Below, piece after piece: positions 27,051 through 39,960 of a DNA stretch of 64,000 nt (position 1 is the stretch's first letter; the number at the start of each line of letters is the position of its first letter). The notes beneath the pieces are model-generated. The model was not told where the DNA came from and did no database searches. It saw only the letters and a list, made by a program, of their open reading frames with translations. This DNA comes from Nemertoderma westbladi (lineage: Eukaryota; Animalia; Xenacoelomorpha), in NCBI GenBank assembly GCA_032718475.1, contig JAUCBJ010007842.1, positions 22,754-86,753 of the forward strand, written 5' to 3'. The position numbers and the translations under genes were made by a program.

Positions 27051-28084
27051 TTTTGTCCCGTTGAACCCTTTCATGTTGTACCCTTTGACTAGTTTTGTCC
27101 CCTTTGACTCGTTGTACCCCTTGACCTTTGTACCCATTGACCTAAAGCGGTTGCAGAAGACTGAAACCAGTTTTTAGTGATTCATTGGAAATGCCGCCTG
27201 GCCCACATTATTATTGCTAGCTAGAGCTATATTTATTATCTTTTTACTTTGACTCGGTAGTGTGAACGCGGTCGACGCGGTTGACGTTGATATTAATCTC
27301 GAATAAGTTCATGGATTAAAGAAGAAATTCTGTAAAGAGTTAATCGACCAAACAATAATCGAGTATCTGCGTACGATTGCCCGTTGCGATCCAAACTCAA
27401 GTTACAATAATATTTTCACGCAGGTTTAGAAAGGGATCAGAATGTACTTCTGACTCAGTTGTCGTAACAAATTTGGGACAAGTCAGTGTCCTATACGTTA
27501 TAGGATTCCATCACTCATCATATCCCATTGAACCTGCACTTATTATTGTCGTACTCTGGCTATATATATCAGCTTATAATGCGGTATGTATTAAGTCTGA
27601 AGTTTATAGGAAGAAATGTCGTGATTTTCTAGAGATATAAACCCGAGATCAACGATAATTATTTACAAATATATTTATACTTTTCGTTATATGCCAATTT
27701 GCATTTTAAGCAAGAAATTAAATTTTGCATACATATTAATGGTGTAATATAAAATGATATTGTTCAGAAGTGAAATAAATGTGGAAGGAATTTACTGAAT
27801 GATTTTCCTCATTGAACCAAATCCATATTATATTTTTTTAGTTGTTGCATTATCCTACCCATAGTGCACAAACACAATTCATATAATTTATTTATGATGT
27901 AAGTTCCATGCCGAATAAAGTGGTGCAGTACTGGGGATGGTGCAGCCCAGCCCCCATTGTGTTAATGATTTCATTGAATATTATTACTACATTGTTTTCA
28001 CTGATGTGTATCGGTACTGGTATATGTTTCGATATAAATACGGGGTTATGATATACTGTATTTGAGAAACGGAATGTGAGTCTC

Positions 28085-31000
28085 AGGTTACAGGAAATTT
28101 AAAAAAACAGGTTACAGAAACATTTATCTTCTAACGCAAAATTTAACTATTATTTCGTTACACGAAATTTAACCATTCTCTCGTTACAGGAAATTTAACC
28201 TATCTCTCGATACACAAAATTTAACCATTCTTACGTTACACGAAATTAACCGTTCTCTCGTTACACGAAATTAACCGTTCTCTCGTTACACGAAATTTAA
28301 CCGTTCTCTCGTTACAGGAAATTTAACCTATCTCGCGAACAAAACCACAAAAGTAGATTATATTTGAAAAATTTGAAAAAATTTTCACTTTTGGTGCATG
28401 TTTGGTCAGTTGTTATCAGGATGAAATTTAAATGTAATTTTTCTCGCATTAGCTTTTTTTGGGACACTTTCTCTATCTACTTTTTAACAACTCAACGGAT
28501 TTTCGTTCTGTTTACAGAAATGTGTAGAGGAATATTCGCCGCAAAAATTGAATAGACAGAATTTTGATATTTTTTCAAAAAAAAGTTATGGCATTTTTTG
28601 TGTAAAAAATCGCTAAATTTTGAATTTTTCGATTTTTCGGTATTTTTTAAACGAAAAATGCTATAACTTTTTTTTGAAGCAAACTTTCAAAATTATGTCT
28701 ATACAATTTCAGCGGGGAATATTCCTCTACATAATTCTGCAAACAGAACGAAAATACGTTGAGTAGTTAAAAAGTAGATAGAGAAAGTGTCCCAAAAAAA
28801 GCTAATGCGAGAAAAATTACATTTAAATTTCATCCTGATAACAACTGACCAAACATGCACCAAAAGTGAAAATTTTTTCAAATTTTTCAAATATAATTTA
28901 CTTTCGTGGTTTTGATTCCTATAGACTAATTTTAGGCGCTGATTCCGAAAATGGCAAAATATTTTCACATTTATGGGTGATTGATGGTCATTTTTGGTGT
29001 CAAATGTGGTGCTGCACCGAAATTTAAAAATTTGAAATTTTGGGTGAAAATTACAAAAGTTGCCATAACTCGAGAACAAAATACCTTATCGAAAAACAGA
29101 TTTTAGATTCGGAATTACCATAAAATTTCACATCGGAAAACACATTAAAAAAAATATGATGAAAAAAAAGACTGGGGGTGAACCCCCCCCCCCCCCCTTA
29201 ACCATTCTCTCTTTAAACGAAATTTATCCATTCTCTCGATACACATACATTTAACCATTTTCTTATTACACGAAATTTAACCATTCGGTCATTTCGTGAC
29301 ATTTAACCATTATTGTGTTACATATAATTTTACCATTCTCGCGTTACACAAAATTTAACCTTTCTCTCGTTACACAAAATTTAATCAATCTCTCGTAACA
29401 CAAAATTTAACCAATCTCTCGTTACACAAAATTTAACCAATCTCTCGTTACACGAAATTTAACCATTCTCTCGTTGCACTAAATTTAACCATTATCTCGT
29501 TCCACGAAATTTAACTATTCTATCGTTACACTAAATTGAACCATTCTCTCGTTACACGATATTTAACCATTCTCTCGTTACACGAAATTTAACCCTTCTA
29601 TCGATACACAAAATGCAACCATTTTTCTCGTTACACGAAATTTAACAAATATCTCGTTACACAAAATTTAACCAATCCCTCGATACACAAAATTTAACAA
29701 ATATCTCGTTACACAAAATTAAACCAATCTCTCGTTACACGAAATTTAACGGGTGTTTTTATGGGTGTTTGATGGTCATTTTACGGGTCAAATGTGGTGC
29801 TGCACCAAAATTTAAAAATTTGAAATTTTGGGTGAAAATTACAAAAGTTGTCATAACTCGAGAACAAAATACCTTATCGAAAAACAGATTTCAGATTCGG
29901 AATTACCATAAATTTCACATCGGAAAACACATTGAAAAAAAATAGGATGAAAAAAAGATTGGGGGTGAACCCCCCCCCCCCCCCCCCTTAACCATTCTCT
30001 CTTTAAACGAAATTTATCCAATCTCTCGATACACAAAATTTAACCATTCTCTGGTTACACTAAATTTAACCTATCTCTCGATGTGTGCACAAATTGGAAC
30101 CATTTTCTCGTTACACGAAATTTAACCATTTTCTTATTACACGAAATTTAACCATTCGGTCATTTCGTGACATTTAACCATTATTGTGTTACATATAATT
30201 TTACCATTCTCGCGTTACACAAAATTTAACCTTTCTCTCGTTACACGAAATTTAACCATTCTCTCGTTACACGAAATTTAACCATTCTCTCGTTACACGA
30301 AATTTAACCCTTCTATCGATACACAAAATGCACCATTTTTCTCGTTACACGAAATTTAACAAATATCTCGTTACACAAAATTTAACCAATCCCTCGATAC
30401 ACAAAATTTAACCAATCTGTCGTTACACAAAATTTAACCATTCTCTCGTTACACAAAATTAAACCAATCTCTCGTTACACGAAATTTAACCATTCTCTCG
30501 TTGCACTAACTTTAACCATTATCTCGTTACACGAAATTTAACCATTTTCTGGATACACAAAATTTTACCATTTTTCTCGTTACACAAAATTTAATCAATC
30601 TCTCGTTACACAAAATTTAACCAATCTCTCGTTACACGAAATTTAACCCTTCTATCGATACACAAAATGCACCATTTTTCTCGCTACACAAAATTTAACA
30701 AATATCTCGTTACACAAAATTTAACCAATCCCTCGATACACAAAATTTAACCAATCTGTCGTTACACAAAATTTAACCATTCTTTCGTTACACAAAATTA
30801 AACCAATCTCTCGTTACACGAAATTTAACCATTCTCTCGTTGCACTAACTTTAACCATTATTTCGTTACACGAAATTTAACCATTTTCTGGATACACAAA
30901 ATTTAACCATTTTTCTCGTTACACAAAATTTAATCAATCTCTCGTTACACAAAATCTAACCAATCTCTCGTTACACGAAATTTAACCAATCTCTCGCTAC

Positions 31001-31258
31001 ACGAAATTTAACCATTCTCTCGTTACACAAAATTTAACCAATCTCTCGTTATACAAAATTTAACCATTCTCTCGTTACACAAAATTTAACCAATCTCTCG
31101 ATACACAAAATTGAATCAATCTCTCGTTACACAAAATTTAACCATTCTCTCGTTACATAAAATTTAACCATTCTCTCGTTACACAAAATTTAACCAATCT
31201 CTCGTTACATAAAATTTAACCAATCTCTCGTTACATAAAATGTAACCAATCTCTCTTT
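28085..31258 (+). repeat. 26-bp satellite (TTACACGAAATTTAACCATTCTCTCG) interrupted by a long palindrome and a duplicated non-repeat block
   Basis: Directly visible. The block near 28973 is repeated near 29761. Confidence 0.92.
28341..28913. repeat. ~570-bp AT-rich palindrome (foldback/MITE-like)
   Basis: Arms are near-identical in opposite orientation. ORFs 28364+ and 28699- translate to nearly the same peptide. Confidence 0.9.
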
Positions 31259-31726
31259 ATAGTGGATGTAGTATGTTGCTGTGCTTCTGCACGACACTCG
31301 GACTTGGCCCTGCCAACCATTATTATCTACAGTATCACATGTATCAGTAGCACATGACTCCTACAGGATCCATTCCACTCCACTCTATGCCAAAACAACA
31401 TTTCAATAATTCAGAGTCAATAACTGTGATAGTTAATTTGAACTTTGAACTCTACTTCAATTGAATGCAATTTATACAGCGCGTTACTTTTATTAATATT
31501 CTCGATTTAGTGGATTAAAGTTCAAGTAAACATCATATCAGATACACAAATATTGCAGATACATAAATTATAATGCACAAAAACATAAATGTAATAAATA
31601 GTAGAATAGAATAAATAGTAGTATTGTGATTTGTTGTTAACACTAATAAGCTGAAACTAACCGACTTCCAGATTCGAAACATATATTTTATGTTTCTTAC
31701 TGCTTTTGGTGCCTAGTGTAATAATA

Positions 31727-31826
31727 ATGTATCAGCAAGTACAGCCAGCTCCACCACCCTACCCCAGTAAAATAGTGGACCCAGTAATACCATACAAAGC
31801 ACTAATACCTTGTACATTGAGTCCAG
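31727..31826 (+). CDS. Tandem-repeat galectin, coding exon 1
   Basis: ATG..MYQQVQPAPPPYPSKIVDPVIPYKALIPCTLSPG with phase-1 donor CCAG|gttagt. Confidence 0.8.
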
Positions 31827-32520
31827 GTTAGTGACAAAACATGTGAAGAATAAAATTATATTGTGTAGTGTTATTTGTTTGATGTATTTTTAGATTGAGT
31901 TAAATAGCAGCCTTTTACAGTAATGTGATCAGAGTGCAGTATTTGTTTAACGAACAAATGTTGCGAATACTGTAAAGTTACGGGGTAAATAATATCAGTA
32001 CATTGCAGTAGTTAAATATTTCTGAAATTTGAACATGAACACACTGAAAAAGGTTAATGGTGAAATTTATTTTTTAGCGGGGCAATGTACTTAATTAACA
32101 TAAGTCGTTATTTTTTTTTGTTTTATTCTTACTTTGTTCCATTTAAGGTTGGTATGTTGAAACTTATTCGATATACAGTGGGGCCAAAAGATTAGCTTTT
32201 TATAATTTTTCAGATCATCTGCTCAACATACTCGCATTACTAGAGGGCTAAATGTCTGTAAACACTCTCCCATTTGTTTTGTTTTTGATCTGTTCAAGCT
32301 GAAACATGGCATATGTTATCCATCATAAGCTGCGTGTTTATGTAGATGCCGTGACAGTAGGCCTATACGATGCAGTTTGACAGAACTTACAGGCAGGCCA
32401 AATTACTAAGATGCAGCCTGTTGTATTACATATCTGCAAAGAATCAGCTCAAAAAATGATAAACAACGAAATATGACGAGGTTTTCACATTCAAACACTA
32501 ATATGCAAATTAAGGAACTA

Positions 32521-34479
32521 CACGTTCGAAGGGCTTTCGCGCAGCACGAGTCTCAGTTATGAGACACAAATTATGATTGAGCGATTCTATCACAAAATCG
32601 GTAAGCAAGAAATTTAACCTAACCGCCTATAAATCAAAGAAGATGGGAAAGTTCCTCCCTTTCAACCCCCCTTTTAATCTGCACCCCAACCCAAAGGCGC
32701 ACAGAGGATCGATGATAGGCAGAGAGGTATTAACAGGCAATTTGTGTTTTAAAAGTAATATATTTTAGGAGTGGAGGCGACCCTAATTTGTAAGAAATAT
32801 TATAACTTATCTTATGCCGATGTAGTATTGATACAGAAATATTAAGAAATTAATTTATCATGTCAATGCATCAACGAAATTATTTAGCTAATTTTATAGA
32901 CTCGCTCCATTATACCCAAGAATTAAATCGCATTAATTCGCATCAGGGATCCCATTGAGAGACTGCTCTGTGGAAATCATAATGGGTTCCGTAAAGGTCG
33001 TGGACCATGGTAACCATTTTGGCGCTTAAATGATAATTGAAGGGTTATCAAGAAAGAAAGACAGGCATCTGGCTGTTATCTTTGTTGACTTCTTCAAGGC
33101 CTTTTATTCAGTCTCTCGCTCACGTATGTTCAGCATACTTTCATTATATGGGATTCCTGATGAAATTATTGCAGCAATCAGATCAGTATACGATGGTTCG
33201 ACAACATTTGTGTCTACTGTTGACGGTGACACAGAACCATTTGAAGTGTTATGGGGCGTCCTCCAAGGAGACACACTTGCGCCGTTCTTGTTCATAATTG
33301 TTGTTGACTATGTTCTACGCATGTCCTTAGATCATCATAATGATGATGGGGTGATGATAACTCCACCTACTGGCTCCAGAAATCGAGGAAATCCTGCCAA
33401 GTACCTAACTGATCTAGACTTGCTGATTACTTAGGAGTACTATCAGAATCATTAGAGGGAGCCCAACAGCTCCTCAGCTCATTAGAACAGGCTGCCTCTA
33501 GTGTTGGTCTTTTTATTAACTGCAATAAGGACAAATTTTGACAGTTAACTTTGAATGTCCTCTGTCCTCAGCAAGTCTATGAACGGATGAGCACAAGCTC
33601 AAAGGATGGTATGCTTGAGCAAGTGGCCACTTCTGTTACCTGGGATTATGGATCCGGAAATCAGATGAGGACCTTCGAATACGCATGGGAAAGGCATGGG
33701 CAACCTTGAATGGGCTTTCCAGGATTTGGAAGTCACCGAAAATTAATCGGAAACTTAAGGTCCGATTATTTAGAGCATGCTGGGCTCCAACTGCTGAGGA
33801 CACCAAATCTCTGGATGGCACATTCACAAGAATGCTACGCCGGGTTCACTGTGTCAAGTACAATGCACACATCTTCAACCAGACACTATACAACATTGGA
33901 GGTGTCTCAATAGTTCTCTCAAACTTGACACTAGAACAAAGCCGCCTCCGCTTTGCAGGACATTGCTTACGCCGTGAGGACCAGCCAGTGCATAATCTTG
34001 TGCTTTGGTGGCCTCATGGAGTGAATAAGCATGGTGGACAGCCATAACTCATCGTTGAATTGAGATGTTGCCAGCCAGGCAGCAAACACGTCATGGAATA
34101 AGGGTAGATGGAAGTACAGTAGCTTGGAGAGAAGGGGCATCTTAATAAGTTAATATTGTTTAGATAAATTAAGACACAATTGCTAAGCAAATCAAATTAA
34201 ATTAAATCACAATTAAATTCCCATGAAAGGAAACGCTGAAAATGCCGTTTTTGCCGCAATCAACTTAATTAACTAATTAACTGCTTTTATCTTAGCTTCT
34301 CGAAGGCCACACTCAAATTATACTTGGAAGATTTCTAAAGTACCAAGTTTGGTTAAATTTCATTGAGGATTGATCGAGTTATTAACGTTCAAAATTGGAC
34401 ACTACAAAAAGACAGAACGACAGGTTAATTAAAGGTACCCCTACGCTAAGGCTCAACTTTCTTCGTGGCTCGCGCCATA
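32521..34479 (-). mobile_element. HINE-like family copy in galectin intron 1, containing a nested RTE fragment
   Basis: Reverse 3' end CACGTTCGAAGGGCTTTCGCGCAGCACG at 32521 and reverse 5' end CTTCGTGGCTCGCGCCATA at 34461-34479. Confidence 0.65.
32922..34046 (+). mobile_element. RTE family A, decayed internal fragment without tail
   Basis: Homologous to 455..1601 with frameshifts and stops. Confidence 0.92.
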
Positions 34480-34566
34480 GTAGACGTACAGTGTGGCAGT
34501 GGATCCAGGATTTCAGTTTGGGGTGGATAATTAATTGAAATAGTAAACCGAGAATCTATATTGCAG

Positions 34567-34742
34567 GATATGCGTTAGATATAGTTGGTAAACCAGGATT
34601 GAATTGTGACATCTTCCAAATCAACCTGCAAACCGGGTTGAACGATTTACCGGACACACCGTTGCACATATCGGTCAGATGGGGGTTCCTAGGTGGATAT
34701 GTTGTATTAAACTCCCTGCTGAACAAAGAGTGGCAATCTGAG
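34567..34742 (+). CDS. Galectin exon 2 (CRD1 core)
   Basis: Acceptor ttgcag|GA; FQINLQTG..PLHISVRW..YVVLNSLLNKEWQSE; donor GAG|gtcggt in phase 0. Confidence 0.88.
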
Positions 34743-35179
34743 GTCGGTACTGGACTGTCTAACATACAATAGGCCTATGCAGTATTAAGTACAGTAAGAT
34801 TGACACCTTTGTCACTGTTTTTTGCCATGAACACACTTGGTAACACAGTCAGTCATACGGGGGGTGTCTGGACTGTATTGAGGGCGATGTTGTTGTGACG
34901 TGACTCTATCAAAATGGTAAAATAATGACTGACTTGTAATTATAGACTCCAAAAACTAGTTGTTGGAGCTCCGGTACCAGTTCCTGTGCCTATTATTACT
35001 ATCTATCTGTAGGCCTATGTATATCTACCACTATCAATTAATTAAGTATTAAGTACTTAAGTGTAAATTATTTTAATAATGAAAAATCTGATAGGCCAAG
35101 TGGTTCGGCTACTTATTTGAATTTTCATTAGCTGTTTATATTTGTCCATGTGGTACAAATTGCCTACCGTTAACGGTAC

Positions 35180-35870
35180 CACTACTACCTGACTACTACT
35201 ACTACATACTACGATCGGCATCCTTCATTGCATTATATATATTACATATATATTAAGAACGCTGTGCCGGCTTGTCGACAAAGTTGCGCCTCGACAACCT
35301 ATCACCCGTGACATTTGCTAGATCATCTGCATCTTCAAGGCCAGTGTCCTTTAAAATGCGTCTTAAGAAAGTCAAAGCGGAGGCGTTTCAAATCAAGCGT
35401 CAAGCTACAGTAGGGCAGAATAATACAGTAGAACACCTAAAATGTTGTAGAGTCTGATTGGAGATGTGTGCATTGTTCTTGACACACTCAACCCGGCGCA
35501 GCATTCTTGTGAATGTGCCATCCAGAGATTTGGTATCCTCTGCAGTTAGAGCCCAGCATGGATTCCCATAAGAGTACTGGAACAACTGCTGCTCTAAATA
35601 ATCGGACCTTAAGGTTCCGTTTTATTCTATGAAACTTCCAAAACATATCTTGAGGGCTGTCTAGGTTGACTGTGATGATTTTGGTCTTCTTGGAATTTAC
35701 AAAAAGACCAACACTAGAAGCAACCTTCTCCAATGAGCAGAGGGGCCGTTGGGCTCCCTCTAGTGATTCTGGCAATACCCCTATGTCATCAGCAAAGTCT
35801 AGATCAGTAAGGTACTTTGCTGGATTTCCTCTACGTCTCGTGCCAGTAGGGTGTGTTACCATCACCCTAT
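35180..35870 (-). mobile_element. RTE family A-related, older and internally deleted copy with (TAG)n tail
   Basis: NPAKYLTDLDFADD and AEDTKSLDGTFTRMLRRV on the minus strand; (CTA)n run at about 35180-35205. Confidence 0.88.
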
Positions 35871-37545
35871 CTTTATTAATATGGTCTGATTAAGTCGGGA
35901 CCACAGCAGTAGTTGACCGCTATAGTTAGTAGGAAAAAAACTGAGCGAGAGAGGTCAGTTCTTGAATTTTGAATTAGGCCTATACATAATATATTATGTA
36001 ATACAATCAATCAATTGTTGAATATATATAATACATTTTGTACAATACATACAAATCTGTAATTTCAGAGTCACAATATGTAATAATTTTAAGAAATTGT
36101 TTTCATACTTTTGGACATTCTATCAGATTCAGTGAGATGATCCGAATGGTTTTGTTATACGAACAGAGTGAGAGAAAGTAAAGCCACGAGGACATCAATT
36201 TTAGTACTTTTTGTATCACATAATCACCATCAAATCATAGCTGATTGAAAACCCAAATTGAAACATCTGTTGGAGGTAAAGTGTAAAATTGTAGGAATTT
36301 CTCACATATTATAATAGAAATTGAAAGTATCATTTGAAGTAGAAAACGTTAGTACTTGAAAAATATTTACTCATTTATTTGCCCAGTAAATTTTAGGAAT
36401 TTCACTTATGATCTGATAATTTGTGTTTACCAAGTTTGGTTACATTTTCATCATACTATTACTTTCACTTTCACCAGGCAATTGATTTGACAGTGTTTAT
36501 AATTAAACGTAGTATCAACGCTAAGGCTCACCTACATTCCCAATGGGTCACTTACCCAGTAGTTTAAACTTTAAAATATAAAAGTCACTTTCCGAATAGG
36601 TCACTTGCCCATTATGCCACTTGCCACTAACATTTAAATGTATTTAATAATCATCTTTGCTTATTAAACTGCAAATTTGATCAATATGTAATATAATAGA
36701 TGTAATAAACAAATACAATGGTTAAAATTTAACATGGGTAGGCCTAGTATGTTAATTCATTTGTAATAATATATTTTGTTACATTATGTCAACTTAACAG
36801 TGTTCTGGTGAATTACTCGTCACGCTGCAAAGTACTACATTGCAGTGTTGCGGCCTATAGGACGGAACTCTGCAAAGTAATCAATAACTTCTACTAATAA
36901 TATCTACCAGAGTTTTTGGGGAAAACTCATTCGACCAGAAGAATCAGCTCGAGAAGCATATCGCGATTAGCGCAGTTTATAGTTTCACGAGTATTCCCCT
37001 CCGTCCTTCCTTGGCCATCTATGCCATATTTGAGAACACCGCACTTTCCGGATGGTTAGCCGATGTGTGCAGCCGAGCGATACGTTCTCATCCCCTCGTC
37101 TTGGGAACTAAACTTCCCCAAATACGAGCGTAATAAGGACTTAATAAGTTCATTCGATTTGAATGTTTCAGGCGCTTTCTGACTCCGTTTCGGAACGTTG
37201 ATAGTCAGTTTAAAGATCTTGCGTTGATCAAACTCAGCCTCCGGGATGCCGCCGCTGAGAAACTGGTTAGCGCTGGGTTTGCTATCTTAAAGATGTTTGC
37301 ACCTAAAACCCGCATTCCTCCGTCCTGTAGCGACCCAAGATACCCTCGGGATACTCACTAAAGGAGATTCAAATCGAAAACATGGAGAAAGATATCGATT
37401 CGAGATACGTTTACTTCCTATATGATTTCTTGGAAGAAAGGTGACGTCAATCTGATGAGGAAATCAGCTAAGGGGAGAAGCATACCGAGATTCTACTCCA
37501 TTAGACTCTGACTAACTTTGTTCTTATTTCAAAGACCAACCCTTA

Positions 37546-38450
37546 ATGGAGATTTATTGTGCTTATTGTCGCATTAATAATAAGCATATCTTCGCTGTCT
37601 GCCCCAGTTTATGACACAATGTCATTACTGCCAACTAAAGGGGCACGCTAGTTGGGAGTGCCCTTTTAGCCAAGACATCGAAAGAGTAGACGAGTTGATT
37701 GTATTTCGATACATACGAGCTTGGGAAGCTAGCGCAGATCTTCACGGCGAGTCGCGCCATCGTTATTATCCAGGATGCGCCTATGAGGGAGTGTATGCAT
37801 TTCACCCCTTTCTTTTTCCCCAAATCAAACAGAAAACTCGTATTCCCAGTTACGAATTAATCAAATGCATGGGTGAGTGTATTTCAACCAAATATGTCAG
37901 AAAATATTTGAGAACTATTAACCCAAATAATCTTGACTCTTACAACTTGATCAGTTTTATTAGCCGAGACCTTGAATACGGTGAGACACTTATAAATGCA
38001 CACACTGAACTGCAAGAAGTCCACCAACGGCCCTATGAGTACAAGGCGAGGGAACGGGAATTAGAAAGAACTGTTAAACCCCAAAAATTCCTTACTACTC
38101 ACAGTCTACCCACGGCAGTCATGCAAACGACTAAAGCAGGACCAGTACAAGCTGCTGTCCTGAGACGGGCCTTAAAGTTTGTGCGCCCTCAACCCCTTCG
38201 GCCCTCTGATAAACGTGTCGATATCGTAGTTCCACCACAGGAAAGAAGTGGACCTCCTATGGATATTGATCAACCAGGTACCTCGACCGGCGGATACACC
38301 GACAGCAACCTAAACCCTTCTGTTGCAATTGTATTGCACCCTTCCCCAAGGAGTTATAGGCCTCCTAGTAAAGTGGCTTGTGCTGTGGAGAAAAAGACTA
38401 CACAAAGGTTTAAAAAACTCCATAAACGTCATTCTAGAAAGAAGGATTGA
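37546..38450 (+). pseudogene. Orphan CCHC zinc-knuckle ORF (279 aa from 37611) with a second knuckle just upstream in a shifted frame; inside galectin intron 2
   Basis: MEIYCAYCRINNKHIFAVCPSL* overlaps (ATGA) MTQCHYCQLKGHASWECP; basic C-terminus KKLHKRHSRKKD. Confidence 0.55.
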
Positions 38451-38688
38451 CTGTTTAGAGTAGTAAATTTATTAGAAAATGTGACTCTATGTATATATTA
38501 TAGACTTAAGTCCCATTTTCTGGGAGCAGTGTTAAAGTTTTTGCGGCAAAAATGTGTCATATTTGTGCAATTCGCGAACTTCTCTAAAAAGGCCAGCATT
38601 ATTTCAAAGTATTATCTAATGTATATAGACTTATGCCCTCTAGCGTTAGCTGTTATAGTACAGAGCTACCATGACGAAATTAGCCAGC

Positions 38689-39960
38689 TGTGGGGCGAGA
38701 CACGTATGGCGAGCCATCAGCGAACTGATATAATTATACTATGGCCGTTTTTCAAAAGTCTGTGTACGTGTGTGTGTGTGACGTGTGTGTGTGTCGGTAG
38801 CCATAAATGTCGGAAGCCATAATCTAAATTAATATATTCAGCTAAAGAGCACCAATCTGAGCGAATGATACATCGGTTAGCAAGGCAGCTAGCTACTTGC
38901 AGACCAATCATAGGTAGCCTGCAGCAGGCTGGGTTGGTTAAGTAGTAATCTCAATAAATAGGACCCAGCAGGAGAGCGGAGATGATCTACTGTGATTGGT
39001 TCTTGACTTACATTGGTAAGAACCAGCAGTGAATCTTAGATTAGCTTTTTTCAGTTCACATATTGTTTATAATCATAAACACAAAATGATTCAATTATTC
39101 AATTTTGCAATGTACCGGATGGGTGCTAGCGAGGTAGGCCTAGCAGGTCGTCAGTCCGTCATCCTACAAGTTGGATCTTGACTCTATCATGTGCGTTCAT
39201 CTATATGATGCAGACCATCCTGAGCCCGTGAACATGAATTGTAAAGGCTATCTCGAGGCTGATTATTTTACACATTTACTTGATACTTGCATGAATGCGT
39301 CTTTGAGGTAAAATTGCATTATTCTGCAGTTGTTTTGTTATCTGAGAAATTACTGATCAGCAAGCAGGAAATTATAACAGCATCATCGTAACCACTCTGC
39401 TGACACTTTGCAGAATAAATTCTACCAGACCATAGCTGCGTGTTGGGAGGACGCCGACCAATTTGCGGTTCTTCAGTCTGCCACTAGGAGGCGAAATGTC
39501 TGAAAGTGAAAATCTTATCCTATTTTGTTATTAATAATGATTTTTAGCTGATACTTAGGTCCTTTACACAATATGTTTATAATGTTTTTTTTGCTGATAC
39601 CAAGCAGAGTATACTACACCGTAAGGGTGTGTATTTGGGCTTGGGGAGACGATGACCAATCTACAGTTCCCCAGTCTGCCGCTATTAGGGGATGAAATGT
39701 CTGAATGAGGAAACCTACAATTTTGTTGTTTATGAATGCTTTTTTGCTGTTACTTGGCACTTGGCAGGCAGTCTGTCACTAGGGGGCGAAATGTCTGAAA
39801 TTACAACCTTCCATTTTAATACGATAGAGTTGCTGCAGTGACCTACTGCACTACAGGTTGTTTGCGAGGACGCTGACCACTACTCTGCAGTTATACAGTT
39901 TTCCACTAAGGGGAAAATATCACACAGTTTAAACCTTTTCCCATTTTATTATTTATCTAT
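38689..39960 (+). mobile_element. HINE-like family variant with (GT)n and degenerate internal repeat units; right boundary uncertain
   Basis: TGTGGGGCGAGACACG 5' end, repeated at 40328. Units at 39430-39950 are homologous to those at 6150-7200. Confidence 0.55.

Larger units (their letters stand above)
20311..27141. mobile_element. Foldback-like element whose right arm has expanded into a satellite
   Basis: Left end GTCAATGGGTACA (20311) with GTCAAAGGGTACA-like subrepeats. Right end TGTACCCATTGAC (27129-27141) is the exact inverse. Confidence 0.6.
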
